Shown here: in pieces, positions 27,140-38,109 of the stretch | Layout of the letters: every line of letters begins with the position of its first letter | Position numbering within the stretch: position 1 is the first letter of the stretch | NCBI GenBank assembly: GCA_038064435.1 | Contig: JBBTTC010000001.1 | Span: forward strand, 3,170 to 67,169 | DNA: 64,000 bases | Direction: 5' to 3' | DNA from: Patescibacteria group bacterium | GTDB taxonomy: Bacteria > Patescibacteriota > Minisyncoccia > Phycocordibacterales > JACOZG01 | The notes under the pieces: generated by a model | Seen by the model: only the letters and a program-made list of their open reading frames with translations | What the model was told of the DNA's origin: nothing | The model's database searches: none | Program-made: the position numbers and the translations under genes

Positions 27140-27574
27140 ATGGGCAAAAAACGAGTTATAAAGAAGTCAACCGGTTCTGTGGACGAAGGTCTGCGTAGTC
27201 GATCTTTGTCGCGGGCCACAAAAAAGAAGGTCAGTGCTGGTATTTTGCATATTCAATCTACTTACAACAACACGCGCTTGCAGTTAACTGATCAGGCCGG
27301 CAACAGTTTGGCCTGGTCGTCTAGCGGAGCACTGGGTTTTAGCGGTGCGAAAAAGGGCACGACCTTTGCCGCCGGTAAGGTTGGGGAGCTTTTGGCTGAT
27401 CGAGCCGAGGGTATGGGAGTAAAGGAGGTGGAGGTAGTAATCCGCGGCGTTGGTTCTGGTCGGGAGGCAGCGATTCGTGCTTTTGCTAGTCGTGGCATTG
27501 CTATCAACGCCATCAAAGATGCCACGCCACGGCCGTTTAATGGCCCTAAACCCAAAAAACCCCGCCGCGTCTAG
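27140..27574 (+). CDS. rpsK: 30S ribosomal protein S11
   Basis: HIQSTYNNT, WSSSG, GVGSGREAAIR. Confidence 0.96.
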   Translation: MGKKRVIKKSTGSVDEGLRSRSLSRATKKKVSAGILHIQSTYNNTRLQLTDQAGNSLAWSSSGALGFSGAKKGTTFAAGKVGELLADRAEGMGVKEVEVVIRGVGSGREAAIRAFASRGIAINAIKDATPRPFNGPKPKKPRRV

Positions 27575-27589
27575 AATTAATTTCTCACT

Positions 27590-28225
27590 ATGAAAATTGG
27601 ACCAAAGTATAAGATTTGTCGCCGGCTTGGAGAAAGAGTTTTTGCTCAGTGTCAAACCACCAAGTTTAGCATTTCTGGTAGCTCGACTACTGGCCGCGGA
27701 GGCAAGGGTGGGCGGGGATCATCCCGGCCGCGCAAGAATCTCTCTGACTACGGTCGTCAGTTGTTGGAAAAACAAAAGGCTCGTTACACCTACGGTTTGG
27801 GTGAACGTCAGTTTGCCAACTATGTAGCCCAGAGTCGTTCGTTGGCCAAGACCTCTCCCGGCAATAATCTCTACGAGCGTCTCGAAAGCCGTTTAGACAA
27901 CGTTGTTTTTCGTGCTGGCTTGGCCGCTTCGCGATTAATGGCTCGCCAGATCGTTTCGCATGGACACATTTTACTCAATGGCCGGCGGATGAACGTCCCT
28001 TCACACCAATTGATCGTTGGTGATCGTTTGTCTATTCGTCCAGCGAGTCGAAACAAGGGAGTGTTTGGTAATTTAGCCGAGCGCCTCAAGGATCACCGCA
28101 GTCCGAATTGGCTGAGTTACGACGAGACGGCTAATCAGTGGCAGATCGGCGGGCGGCCGCAAGCGGAGACCGGAGAGTTAAACGTTAATTTTAGCACTAT
28201 TGTTGAGTTTTATAGTCGGGTTTAA
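27590..28225 (+). CDS. rpsD: 30S ribosomal protein S4
   Basis: SDYGRQLLEKQK, LESRLDNVVFR, ARQIVSHGH. Confidence 0.96.
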   Translation: MKIGPKYKICRRLGERVFAQCQTTKFSISGSSTTGRGGKGGRGSSRPRKNLSDYGRQLLEKQKARYTYGLGERQFANYVAQSRSLAKTSPGNNLYERLESRLDNVVFRAGLAASRLMARQIVSHGHILLNGRRMNVPSHQLIVGDRLSIRPASRNKGVFGNLAERLKDHRSPNWLSYDETANQWQIGGRPQAETGELNVNFSTIVEFYSRV

Positions 28226-28255
28226 TTTAGAAGCGCAATTAATTTTTTTAATAAT

Positions 28256-29257
28256 ATGACCGATCTAAACATTATTTTGCCTTCCAAGCCGAAAATTATT
28301 TTTGAAGGCGATAATCGTGGTGTGTACGAAATAGAGGGTCTTTACCCCGGCTATGGCCAAACATTGGGCAACTCTTTGCGTCGCATCGTCCTGTCTTCAA
28401 TGATTGGGGTGGCAATAACTTCATTGCGAGTTGAAGGCGCTCCGCATGAATTCTCGACTCTGGAGGGGGTTAAAGAAGATGTTTTAGCTATTATTCTTAA
28501 TCTCAAACAGGTACGTTTTAAAATGGAAGGTGATGAGCCACAAATTGTAACACTGGCAATTAAGGGGGCGCGCGAGGTTATGGCCGCTGATATCAAGTTG
28601 CCGGGCCAAGTTGAGGTGATGAATCCCAAACAATATATTACCACTATGACCAATAAAACAGCTGAGCTCAAAATGGAGTTAACTCTAGAAAAAGGCATCG
28701 GCTACTTACCAAAAGAGATGGTTCGTCGCGACAAAACTGATATTGGCACGGTGGTGCTCGATGCCGCTTTTTCACCCATCCGCCGTGTGGGTTATGAGGT
28801 AGAAAATATGCGAGTCGGAGATCGTACCGATTATAATCGTTTACGAATCAATATCGAAACTGATGGCTTGGTGGAGCCGCGCGAAGCACTCGAGAAGTCG
28901 ATTGAGATTATGATCCATCAACTTAAGGCCATTGTGGGTTTTAAGGAGGATCGTCCAATCAAACCTCTTTTAGATGTTGTTGAAAACACTGATGGTGCTA
29001 GCGGCGTGACGGAAACAGTTATGGACTTGCCGGATGGTTTGGCCGATGATAAAAAAGAAGAGATCCTAAAAACTAGGATTGAAAACTTAGAACTCTCCAC
29101 GCGAACTCTAAAGGCTTTAGCGGCGGCTGGCATCCGGACTCTAGGCGGACTAGCTAGAAAGAAAGAGTCCGATTTGGAAGAAGTTGGCGGTTTGGGCGGT
29201 AAGGGGATTGAGGAGATTCGGGCTGTTTTGAGCCAGCACGATATGGTTTTAAAATAA
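28256..29257 (+). CDS. rpoA: RNA polymerase alpha subunit
   Basis: GYGQTLGNSLRR, HEFSTLEGVKED, alpha-CTD. Confidence 0.97.
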   Translation: MTDLNIILPSKPKIIFEGDNRGVYEIEGLYPGYGQTLGNSLRRIVLSSMIGVAITSLRVEGAPHEFSTLEGVKEDVLAIILNLKQVRFKMEGDEPQIVTLAIKGAREVMAADIKLPGQVEVMNPKQYITTMTNKTAELKMELTLEKGIGYLPKEMVRRDKTDIGTVVLDAAFSPIRRVGYEVENMRVGDRTDYNRLRINIETDGLVEPREALEKSIEIMIHQLKAIVGFKEDRPIKPLLDVVENTDGASGVTETVMDLPDGLADDKKEEILKTRIENLELSTRTLKALAAAGIRTLGGLARKKESDLEEVGGLGGKGIEEIRAVLSQHDMVLK

Positions 29258-29261
29258 ATAA

Positions 29262-29618
29262 ATGAGACACCACAATGTTAATCGTAAATTTGGTCGTGAG
29301 AAAAATCAGCGTTTGGCGCTGAAGCGTTCTTTGGCGCGCGAGTTGGTGAAGCGGGGAAAGATTCGTACCACTACGGCGCGGGCCAAAGAACTGCGACCAT
29401 TTATTGAGCGTTTAGTTACCAAGCTCAAAGTTAATAAAAGTGATCTAGCTAGTCGTCGCTTGGTTATTGCTCGTTTGGCTAGTGTGGCCGAAGCTCGGAC
29501 CTTGGCCGAAAAGATTACCCCGCGCTATGTTGATCGACCGGGTGGCTACACAAGGATTACCAAATTGACTCCGCGGCGCGGCGACAATAGTCCGATGGCC
29601 GTGATTGAGTTTGTATAA
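29262..29618 (+). CDS. rplQ: 50S ribosomal protein L17
   Basis: MRH..I.TT.ARAKE..RPGGYTRI. Confidence 0.96.
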   Translation: MRHHNVNRKFGREKNQRLALKRSLARELVKRGKIRTTTARAKELRPFIERLVTKLKVNKSDLASRRLVIARLASVAEARTLAEKITPRYVDRPGGYTRITKLTPRRGDNSPMAVIEFV

Positions 29619-29620
29619 TC

Positions 29621-29968
29621 ATGACTAAACATACCGTTAATGCCGCTGGTCGAACACTTGGTCGCTTAGCCACCGAGGTGGCTGTTTTACTCCGGGGTAA
29701 AAATTCGCCCGCTTTTCAACGTCATCTTTTGCCGATGACCATGGTGGAAGTGATTAATCTTGATCAAATTAGAATTACGGCTAAGAAGGGGCGACAAAAA
29801 ACTTATGTTACTTACAGCGGTTATCCCGGTGGCATTAAGCGACAAAGTTTGGACAAATTAAGACAAGAGCGCGGGCCGGAAGAAGTTTTGCGGCGCGCTG
29901 TTTACGGCATGATCCCCAACAATCGTTTGCGACCAAAGATTATGAAACATCTAATTTGCCATCGTTAA
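29621..29968 (+). CDS. rplM: 50S ribosomal protein L13
   Basis: GRLATEVA.LLRGK, SGYPGG, AVYGMIP. Confidence 0.95.
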   Translation: MTKHTVNAAGRTLGRLATEVAVLLRGKNSPAFQRHLLPMTMVEVINLDQIRITAKKGRQKTYVTYSGYPGGIKRQSLDKLRQERGPEEVLRRAVYGMIPNNRLRPKIMKHLICHR

Positions 29969-29972
29969 AATT

Positions 29973-30374
29973 ATGGTTACTCCAGCGATATATTTTGAGG
30001 CTGTTGGTCGGCGCAAGGAGTCTATTGCCCGCGTGCGCTTAATACCCCGTACTCGTCAGGAAGTTATAATCAACACCAAACCGGCCGATAAATATTTTTC
30101 TCTTCAATATTTAGGCGACGCCGCTCTGGGTCCACTTCGGGTGGTTGGCACCAGTCAAAAGTTTATGATTACGGTGCAGATTCGGGGCGGTGGCATTGTG
30201 TCTCAATCTGCAGCTATGGCACATGGCTTGGCTCGCGCGCTCCTAGTTTTTCAAAATGAGTGGCGCCCCGTGCTTAAAAAGGCTGGTTACCTCAAGCGCG
30301 ATCCGCGAATTAAGGAGCGGCGTAAATTTGGTCTCAAGAAGGCACGCAAGGCGCCACAGTGGTCAAAGCGTTAG
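29973..30374 (+). CDS. rpsI: 30S ribosomal protein S9
   Basis: GRRK, GGG..SQ, RDPRIKERRKFGLKKARKAPQWSKR. Confidence 0.97.
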   Translation: MVTPAIYFEAVGRRKESIARVRLIPRTRQEVIINTKPADKYFSLQYLGDAALGPLRVVGTSQKFMITVQIRGGGIVSQSAAMAHGLARALLVFQNEWRPVLKKAGYLKRDPRIKERRKFGLKKARKAPQWSKR

Positions 30375-30387
30375 ATAAAAACAAAAA

Positions 30388-30954
30388 ATGAAGGACAACC
30401 AAGATCCACCGATTGAAATTGTGGAGGAGAGCTACGCCGATGCCGATGAACACGATATTGATCCGGCGGCAACACTCAAGAAGCTCAAAGACAAATTAAA
30501 ACGTTGTTTGGAAGAGAAGCAGATGTATCTTGATTTATCACAGCGTTTTAAGGCCGACTATTCCAATTTACAAAAGCAGACCGCGGTTGATCGTGAGGGT
30601 ACTATCAAGCGGGCTAATCAGAACTTATTGCGCGATTTGTTGGAATTGGCTGATGCCTTTGATTACGCGTTGGGTGATGAAGCGTCACTGGCGGCGGTGC
30701 CCGCTGGTTGGCGGCAGGGGTTGGATGGCCTGCGGGCCAAGTTAGTAGCCATTTTTCGTCAACATGGCTTAGAACCCTTTACCCCGGCCGTTGGTGACAA
30801 TTTTGATCCCAGTTCGCACGAGCCTGTTTCTTCGGTTGACGCCGAGTCGGCGGATCAAGATAATTTAATAATCGCCGTAGTCGACAAGGGGTATCGGTTA
30901 TATGATAAAATTATTCGACCAGCTAAAGTTAAAGTTAGTGTTTATAAACAATGA
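30388..30954 (+). CDS. grpE: Nucleotide exchange factor GrpE
   Basis: ADYSN, FDPSSHE, KGYRL..IIRPAKVKV; upstream of dnaK. Confidence 0.93.
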   Translation: MKDNQDPPIEIVEESYADADEHDIDPAATLKKLKDKLKRCLEEKQMYLDLSQRFKADYSNLQKQTAVDREGTIKRANQNLLRDLLELADAFDYALGDEASLAAVPAGWRQGLDGLRAKLVAIFRQHGLEPFTPAVGDNFDPSSHEPVSSVDAESADQDNLIIAVVDKGYRLYDKIIRPAKVKVSVYKQ

Positions 30955-32786
30955 GTAAAATTTTAGGTATTGATTTGGGAACAACAAATTCTGCCATGGC
31001 TTACGTGGAGGGAGGTGTGCCTAAGATTATTGAAAATCACGAAGGGGCACGCACAACACCATCTATTGTAGCCATGTCTAAGTCCGGCGAGCGAATCGTG
31101 GGTCTTTTAGCTAAACGTCAGGCTATCACTAATCCAGCCAATACGATTTTTGAGGTTAAAAGAATGATGGGGCATCGGTTTGACGATCCCAACATCAAGC
31201 GTGATGTGGAGGTGGCGCCCTTTAAAACCGAACGAAGTGATGATGGTGGCATTAAAATCAAGATGGGCGACAAATCTCATCGTCCGGAAGAAATTTCGGC
31301 CATGATTTTACAAAAGTTTAAACATGATGCCGAGGCGAAATTGGGTGAGAAGTTGGAAGAGGCCGTAATTACTGTCCCGGCGTATTTTGATGACTCGCAA
31401 CGCAAGGCCACGCGCGATGCTGGTGAGATAGCTGGTTTTAAGGTGCGACGCATTATCAATGAGCCTACGGCAGCCGCCTTAGCTTATGGCTTTAATAAAC
31501 ACAAGGACGAGAAGATCGCCGTTTACGATTTTGGTGGTGGGACTTTTGACGTTTCTATCCTCGACATCGCTGGCGGTGATGGAGAGCAGAGCATTCAGGT
31601 TAAAGCCACTGACGGTGACTCGCATTTGGGTGGCGGTGATATTGATCAGCGAATAATTAAATGGATTGCCGAGGAGTTTAAAAAAGAATCGGGCATTGAC
31701 GTGTTAAGGGACGCCTTAGCTTTGCAACGCCTTAAGGAAGCAGCCGAGAAAACCAAACACGAACTTTCCACTACGCTCGAATCGGAGATTAACATTCCGT
31801 TCATCACCTCTGATGCTTCCGGTCCGCGTCATCTGTTGATCAAGATGACGCGGACCCAGCTCGAAGGCTTGGCTCGGGAGTATATCGATCGCTCGATCGA
31901 AATTACAAAACGGGCGCTTGAAGCTTCGGGTTATAAAACAACCGAAATTGATGAAGTAATCTTGGTGGGTGGGCAAACTCGTATGCCAGCGATCGAGAAG
32001 GCGGTGCGTGATTTTTTTGGCAAGGAGCCAAATAAGTCCATTAATCCGGATGAAGTAGTGGCTGTTGGCGCGGCCATCCAAGCCGGTATTTTTCAGGGTG
32101 ATGTTAAAGACGTTTTATTGCTTGATGTTATCCCGTTGTCTTTGGGGATCGAGACCTTGGGTGGCGTGGCGACCAAACTGATCGAACGCAATACTACCAT
32201 TCCGGCTGCTAGAACCCAAGTTTTTTCGACCGCGGCCGATAATCAAACAACGGTTGAAATCCACATTACCCAAGGTGAGCGGCCGCTAGCTAGTGACAAT
32301 AAAAGTTTGGGTCGTTTTATTCTTGATGGCATTCCACCATCACCTCGCGGCTTACCACAGATTGAGGTGACTTTTGATGTTGATGCTAATGGTATTCTTA
32401 ATGTTAAGGCTAAAGACAAAGCCAGTAGCAAGGAACAGTCTATTAGAATTGAGGCGCGTAGCGGTTTGACGGACGACGATATTGCTCGAATGAAAAAAGA
32501 TGCCGAGGCACATGCCGAGGACGATAGACGTAAGAAAGATGTTGTTGAGGCCCGTAATTTGGCCGAGCAGATGATTTATCTGGCTGAGAAGAGCGTGCGT
32601 GATGCCGCTGGCAAAATCACCGATGAAGTGAAAAAAGAAGTCGAAGAGAAAACTGAGGCACTAAAAAAGATTAAAGATGGTGACGATCAGACGGCGATCA
32701 AAGTTGCCACCGAAGCGTTAAGTGTGTCAATGCAAAAAATTGGTCAGGCCATGAATAAACCGCCCGAGCCACCACCACAAAATTAA
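30951..32786 (+). CDS. dnaK: Chaperone DnaK
   Basis: [25 protein letters not shown]. Confidence 0.98.
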   Translation: MSKILGIDLGTTNSAMAYVEGGVPKIIENHEGARTTPSIVAMSKSGERIVGLLAKRQAITNPANTIFEVKRMMGHRFDDPNIKRDVEVAPFKTERSDDGGIKIKMGDKSHRPEEISAMILQKFKHDAEAKLGEKLEEAVITVPAYFDDSQRKATRDAGEIAGFKVRRIINEPTAAALAYGFNKHKDEKIAVYDFGGGTFDVSILDIAGGDGEQSIQVKATDGDSHLGGGDIDQRIIKWIAEEFKKESGIDVLRDALALQRLKEAAEKTKHELSTTLESEINIPFITSDASGPRHLLIKMTRTQLEGLAREYIDRSIEITKRALEASGYKTTEIDEVILVGGQTRMPAIEKAVRDFFGKEPNKSINPDEVVAVGAAIQAGIFQGDVKDVLLLDVIPLSLGIETLGGVATKLIERNTTIPAARTQVFSTAADNQTTVEIHITQGERPLASDNKSLGRFILDGIPPSPRGLPQIEVTFDVDANGILNVKAKDKASSKEQSIRIEARSGLTDDDIARMKKDAEAHAEDDRRKKDVVEARNLAEQMIYLAEKSVRDAAGKITDEVKKEVEEKTEALKKIKDGDDQTAIKVATEALSVSMQKIGQAMNKPPEPPPQN

Positions 32787-32789
32787 CTT

Positions 32790-33878
32790 ATGTCTAAAGA
32801 CTATTATGAAATTTTAGGCGTATCGCGTAACGCACCGCGCGAGGAAATTCAGAAGGCGTTTCATCGTCTGGCGCATAAATATCATCCCGACAAAAAAGGC
32901 GGCGACGAGGCGAAATTTAAAGAAGTCAATGAGGCCTACCAAGTCCTTTCTAATGACCAACGTCGGGCGGAATATGATGCCTACGGTAATGTTTTTTCGG
33001 GTGGTGGCCGATCGGGCAGCGCGTCTGGTGCCGAAGCTGGAGGTTTTGGGTTTGATTTTGATTTTAGCAACATGGGTGGAACGGGCGCGGCCTTTGACTT
33101 GGGCGACATTTTCAGTGATTTTTTTGGCGGTCGAGCTGGCGGTCGCGGTCGCGGCCGGCGCGGCCGCGACATTTCAGTCGATATTCAAATTTCATTTGCT
33201 GAAGCTGTTTTTGGGACTGAACGCAAAGTAATTATTTCCAAAATTAGTGTTTGTTCAACATGCCAGGGTAAGGGGGGCGCACCGGGTAGCGCCATGATCA
33301 AATGTCAGGTTTGTGCGGGTCGTGGCAAACTTCACGAAACACGCCAGTCTTTGCTTGGTTCTTTTACTACAGTTCGCGAATGTCAAAATTGTTTGGGCAC
33401 GGGCGAAATGTCGGACAAAAAATGTCCGGAATGCGCGGGTCATGGTGTAGTGAAGAAGAATGAGGAAATCCAAATTGTCGTGCCGGCCGGCATCAGTGAC
33501 GGTGAGATGATCCGCTTGTCTGGTCAGGGTGAGGCGACACGCGGCGGAGTCACGGGCGATTTGTATGTCAAAGTTCATGTTGAAGCACACGCAATGTGGC
33601 GTCGTGATGGTAACAATTTAACAACTGATCTCGCGATTAAATTAACTGACGCTTTGCTTGGCAACGATTACACTGTTGAAGCCTTGGACGGTAATATTAA
33701 GGTTAAGGTTCCGGAGGGCGTTAACCATGGCGATGTGATTAAGGTAAAAGATCGGGGCGTGCCATTGCGCGGCGGCAAGCGCGGCGACCTGCTAATCCGC
33801 GTGATGATCAAAACACCGTCAAAACTATCTCGTCAAGCCAGAAAACTAGTCGAAGAATTAAGGCGGGAGGGGATTTGA
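32790..33878 (+). CDS. dnaJ: Chaperone DnaJ
   Basis: J domain with HPD, G/F region, four CxxCxGxG motifs. Confidence 0.97.
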   Translation: MSKDYYEILGVSRNAPREEIQKAFHRLAHKYHPDKKGGDEAKFKEVNEAYQVLSNDQRRAEYDAYGNVFSGGGRSGSASGAEAGGFGFDFDFSNMGGTGAAFDLGDIFSDFFGGRAGGRGRGRRGRDISVDIQISFAEAVFGTERKVIISKISVCSTCQGKGGAPGSAMIKCQVCAGRGKLHETRQSLLGSFTTVRECQNCLGTGEMSDKKCPECAGHGVVKKNEEIQIVVPAGISDGEMIRLSGQGEATRGGVTGDLYVKVHVEAHAMWRRDGNNLTTDLAIKLTDALLGNDYTVEALDGNIKVKVPEGVNHGDVIKVKDRGVPLRGGKRGDLLIRVMIKTPSKLSRQARKLVEELRREGI

Positions 33879-34296
33879 CATATAAAAGTAACTCAGTACA
33901 ATACCTAAACAGAGGAGATCGGGTTATGGAAGGCTCGATCGAAGCGTGGTTCTTTTGGTGAGGGCCAAAAGCATGTTAGACAGATCTCTTGGTGGCCGTT
34001 ATCATCTCTTTCTCCATTTTGAGGCAGGACGTTTTCTCAAAACAATGGGCTACGACGCTTGTGGGAAGGTGCAAAAAAAACACAGTCCCAACCCGCGACG
34101 ACAGGCTCGGTTTGAGAAAACGATTTGTCGCCAGTGTCGCCGTTTCGATAACGGCTGGTGGAGTGATGACGTTTGCCCTCGTGATCTGATCCGTAATACC
34201 TAGGATGGTGTTGCGGCGTTTGGTTTCGTAGAACCCATTACACCCATTTTTCCCGGTCGGCAGTGAATACTCCGACCGGGTTTGTTATACTAGGTT

Positions 34297-34785
34297 ATGA
34301 TTCTGGCGACTCACGCTGTTGTTGGCGCTGGTCTGGTTAGTTTAATGTCGACCGAATCCGTCGCTGGCGGATTCGGCTTAGCTTTTGCCAGTCATTTTTT
34401 ACTCGACAGTCTCCCTCACTGGGATTATCAGCTACTGTCAACTAACAAGCACCCCGGTGATCGTCTACGGGTGGTTTTTAATTCCGGACGTGCGCTTATT
34501 GTTGATCTAACTAAAATTAGTCTGGACGGAATAGTTGGTTTGACGTTTGCTATGTTAATTTTTACGCCTTGGCCGCTCGCGGCGCTGGGCGCCGCGGCGG
34601 CTATGTTGCCGGATGCTTTGCAGATGGCTTATTTTTTGTGGTCGCACGAACCACTTCGTTCGCTCCAGCGTTTTCATCTATGGATTCATACCGATCGGCG
34701 TTTGGTCGGTCGGCCATACGTTGGTTTGGCTTTCCAAGCGTTAGTTCTCGTAGTTTTTATTATTTTCACTAAAGCAGTGCTATAA
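34297..34785 (+). CDS. Membrane protein, putative metal-dependent hydrolase-like
   Basis: TH..VG, SHFLLD.LPHWDY, PD, FH..IH motifs with TM helices. Confidence 0.6.
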   Translation: MILATHAVVGAGLVSLMSTESVAGGFGLAFASHFLLDSLPHWDYQLLSTNKHPGDRLRVVFNSGRALIVDLTKISLDGIVGLTFAMLIFTPWPLAALGAAAAMLPDALQMAYFLWSHEPLRSLQRFHLWIHTDRRLVGRPYVGLAFQALVLVVFIIFTKAVL

Positions 34786-34792
34786 TCGCCGC

Positions 34793-35179
34793 ATGAAAAT
34801 TAATATTAAAGGTACCAATATTGAACTTACACCGCCCATTCGTGCTTATCTTGAAGATAAGTTAAATAGTCTTGCTCGATTGGTAGATCAACATGATGCC
34901 GAGTCCGTGCTTCAAGTCGAGGTTGGTAAAGATAGTCGGCACCATAAACATGGTGAGGTTTTCCGCGCCGAGATCAACCTCCATTTGTCGGGATGCGATC
35001 TGCGGGCCGAGAGTTTTAATGACGATCTCTATGCCGCTATTGATCTAGTTAAAGACGAAATTGTTAATGAGTTTAAGTCGTCTCGGGCCAAGCGCTCCAC
35101 GGTGGTGCGGCGCGGCGCGCGGGCGCTTAAAAATTTAATTAAAGGTTTATATCGCGGGAATAAAAAATATGGGAAATAA
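34793..35179 (+). CDS. hpf: Ribosome hibernation factor (HPF/RaiA)
   Basis: MKINIKG.NIELT..IR.Y..DK, DLYAAID. Confidence 0.9.
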   Translation: MKINIKGTNIELTPPIRAYLEDKLNSLARLVDQHDAESVLQVEVGKDSRHHKHGEVFRAEINLHLSGCDLRAESFNDDLYAAIDLVKDEIVNEFKSSRAKRSTVVRRGARALKNLIKGLYRGNKKYGK

Positions 35180-35795
35180 ATTTACGATTGGTTTAGTTGT
35201 GATAATAATTGTTTTGGCGGTGATCTTGGTTTTGAGAAACAACCGAAAGGTGGCACTAGTGATTCCCATGTCGTCTACGCCTAGTGAAGTTTCGACAACG
35301 GGTAATCCGGTAGTGATAATGGACACCAGTTTGGGCAAGATCGAGTTAGAGCTTTGGCCCAACAAAGCACCAGCGACGGTGGAAAAATTTCTTCTCCTAG
35401 CCACGGATAATTTTTACGCTGGCACGCATTTCCACCGCGTTATATCAAATTTTATGATACAGGGCGGTGATCCATTAACTAAAACTGATCCAACCAATCG
35501 TGCTGTGCACGGCACTGGTGGTCCGGGCTATACTTTTGCCGACGAAATTAATGACGAAAAGTTGGTTCGTGGCGTGTTGGCCATGGCCAATTCTGGTCCC
35601 CATACTAATGGTTCGCAGTTTTTCATCATTACAGCTGACGCCACACCTTGGCTTGACGGCAAACACACGGCTTTTGGTCGAGTGATTTCGGGCCTCGAGG
35701 TCGTTGAGACTATCAGTAATTTACCAACTCATCAGGACGGCAGTGACCATCCAGTGACTCCGCCGATCATCAATAGTTTGACCATCAAAAAATAA
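35169..35795 (+). CDS. Cyclophilin-type peptidyl-prolyl isomerase
   Basis: FHRVISNFMIQGGDP, AMANSGP.TNGSQFFI, WLDGKHTAFG. Confidence 0.95.
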   Translation: MGNKFTIGLVVIIIVLAVILVLRNNRKVALVIPMSSTPSEVSTTGNPVVIMDTSLGKIELELWPNKAPATVEKFLLLATDNFYAGTHFHRVISNFMIQGGDPLTKTDPTNRAVHGTGGPGYTFADEINDEKLVRGVLAMANSGPHTNGSQFFIITADATPWLDGKHTAFGRVISGLEVVETISNLPTHQDGSDHPVTPPIINSLTIKK

Positions 35796-35812
35796 GCCGT
35801 TAAGATGGGGGC

Positions 35813-37054
35813 ATGCGCCAATCAGAGCTGTTTGCTCGCACTCGCCGTGAAGCTCCCAAGGATGAAGCCTCGCGTAACGCTGAACTTCTAATTCAAGCCG
35901 GTTTTGTTAATAAGGAATCTTCTGGGGTTTATTCATATTTACCTCTGGGTCTGCTAGTTTTGCGACGAATTGAGGCCGTCGTTCGCCAGGAACTTACTAG
36001 TTTGGGAGCGATTGAGATGTTGATGCCGGCCCTGCAGACTAAGGACAACTGGCAAGCTACTGGTCGATGGGACACCTTCACTGATGTTTACAAATTGAAA
36101 GATAGTTCGGGGAAGGATTTTATCCTCGGGCCAACACATGAAGAGGTTATTACTCCATTGTTAAAAAATTTTTTGTCGTCGTATCACGATTTGCCGATTA
36201 GCGTTTACCAATTTCAAACCAAATTTCGTGACGAAAAACGTGCCAAGTCAGGTCTGTTGCGTGGTCGTGAGTTCGTGATGAAAGACTTATATTCTTTCCA
36301 CCGTACGCCGGCCGATTTGGATCAATTTTATGCTCGCGTAGCGAATTCTTATCGGAACGTATTTGAGCAACTTGGTTTGGGTCGATATACATATTTGACT
36401 CTGGCCAGTGGTGGCGCTTTCGCGCCACACTCCGAAGAATTTCAAGTGATTACGCCGGCGGGTGAAGATACGATCCATGTTTGTGATAATTGCCGTCTGG
36501 CGATAAATAGCGAGATTGTTAATGAAGTTAGCGAGTGTTCTGGCTGCCATACGCCGGTAGCCAAACTTCGTGTTGAGCGGGCGATCGAAGTGGGAAATAT
36601 TTTTAAGCTTAAAACTCGTTTTACCGAGGCCTTTGATTTGTGTTACAAGAGTGAGTCTGGCCAGTTGGAGCGGCCGGTAATGGGTTGCTATGGTCTGGGG
36701 ATTACTCGGACGCTTGGGGTTTTGGCCGAAGTGCTCTCTGATGATGGTGGTTTGGTTTGGCCCGAAGCGGTAACCCCCTTTGATCTCCATCTGTTAATTT
36801 TAGGTCCGGAAAATGCCGACGTGCGTGCCGCTGGCGACAAGTTGTATTCTGACCTCGGGGCTGCTGGTTGGCGGGTGCTTTATGATGATCGAGCGGTTAG
36901 TGCTGGTGAAAAGTTTGCTGATGCCGATCTCATTGGTTTACCGCGCCGATTGGTGATGAGTGCCAAAACTTTGACTACTGGTCAGGTGGAAGTTAAACAG
37001 CGATCTAGTCGAGAGGTGCAGCTGATGTTCCCGAGTGAACTGTTGGGGCGCTAA
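35813..37054 (+). CDS. proS: Proline--tRNA ligase (no INS editing domain)
   Basis: LGPTHEE, QFQTKFRDE.R..GLLRGREF.MKD.YSF, MGCYGLG. Confidence 0.95.
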   Translation: MRQSELFARTRREAPKDEASRNAELLIQAGFVNKESSGVYSYLPLGLLVLRRIEAVVRQELTSLGAIEMLMPALQTKDNWQATGRWDTFTDVYKLKDSSGKDFILGPTHEEVITPLLKNFLSSYHDLPISVYQFQTKFRDEKRAKSGLLRGREFVMKDLYSFHRTPADLDQFYARVANSYRNVFEQLGLGRYTYLTLASGGAFAPHSEEFQVITPAGEDTIHVCDNCRLAINSEIVNEVSECSGCHTPVAKLRVERAIEVGNIFKLKTRFTEAFDLCYKSESGQLERPVMGCYGLGITRTLGVLAEVLSDDGGLVWPEAVTPFDLHLLILGPENADVRAAGDKLYSDLGAAGWRVLYDDRAVSAGEKFADADLIGLPRRLVMSAKTLTTGQVEVKQRSSREVQLMFPSELLGR

Positions 37055-37056
37055 AC

Positions 37057-38109
37057 ATGTTTCAGCGTTGGTATCAAAGCTTAGCTCACGACATTGGTAT
37101 CGACCTCGGTACCGCTAACACTCTGGTTTATGTCAAAGGTCAGGGGGTGGTGATAAATGAGCCGTCGATTGTGGCGCTTAATCAAAAAACTGGTCAGGTG
37201 GTGGCCATCGGCAATGACGCCAAACAGATGGTTGGTCGCACGCCGGCGCACATTGTTGTTACTCATCCGATTATCGACGGTGTGATTTCCAATTTTGAGG
37301 TGACGGAGGAAATGCTGGCTTATTTTTTGCGTCGGGTTATGCGTCAACCGCCGCGCAAATTGTTGCGTCCGAGGGTGATCGTTGGTGTTCCTTCCGGTCT
37401 AACTAATGTGGAAATAAGGGCTGTGCGTGACGCGGCCATTGGTGCCGGCGCGCGCGAGGTGCACATTATTGAAGGGCCAATGGCGGCAGCGATTGGTATT
37501 CGTTTGCCGATCCAACAACCGGCCGGCAATATGATCGTGGATCTGGGCGGTGGTACGGCTGACATCGCGGTGATCTCGCTGAGTGGAATTGTTCGGTCCA
37601 AAAATTTGCGTGTGGCTGGTGACCGACTAAATCAAGATATTATCACCTACATTCGTGACGAGTTTAAAATTTTATTAGGCGAAAAAACAGCCGAGGAAGT
37701 AAAAATGGCCATTGGGTCGGTTTTTAAACCGCCAGAATCTTTGGAATCAGCCGTGCGTGGTCGTGATTTGGTAACCGGTTTGCCTAAAGAAGTGGTGGTG
37801 ACTGATTCTGATATTCGCGAAGCGATCATTGTTTCGGTTAGTCGCTTGGTTGATGCGATCAAGGAAGTTATGGAATCTACACCACCGGAGGTGTTGGCCG
37901 ATATTATGCACAAGGGAATCATCATGGTTGGTGGTGGCTCGCTTTTGAGTGGAGTGAAAGAACTATTGGAGCAAGAGCTCAAAATTCCAGTGCAGTTGGC
38001 CGATGATCCGCTGACGGCCGTGGTGCGAGGCATGGGGTTGATTCTAGAGGATCTTGATGCTTATCGAGAATTATTGCTTGACGATGAAGAAATTCTCCCA
38101 CCTCAATAG
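37057..38109 (+). CDS. mreB: Rod shape-determining protein MreB
   Basis: IGIDLGTANT, MAAAIG, VDLGGGT. Confidence 0.96.
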   Translation: MFQRWYQSLAHDIGIDLGTANTLVYVKGQGVVINEPSIVALNQKTGQVVAIGNDAKQMVGRTPAHIVVTHPIIDGVISNFEVTEEMLAYFLRRVMRQPPRKLLRPRVIVGVPSGLTNVEIRAVRDAAIGAGAREVHIIEGPMAAAIGIRLPIQQPAGNMIVDLGGGTADIAVISLSGIVRSKNLRVAGDRLNQDIITYIRDEFKILLGEKTAEEVKMAIGSVFKPPESLESAVRGRDLVTGLPKEVVVTDSDIREAIIVSVSRLVDAIKEVMESTPPEVLADIMHKGIIMVGGGSLLSGVKELLEQELKIPVQLADDPLTAVVRGMGLILEDLDAYRELLLDDEEILPPQ

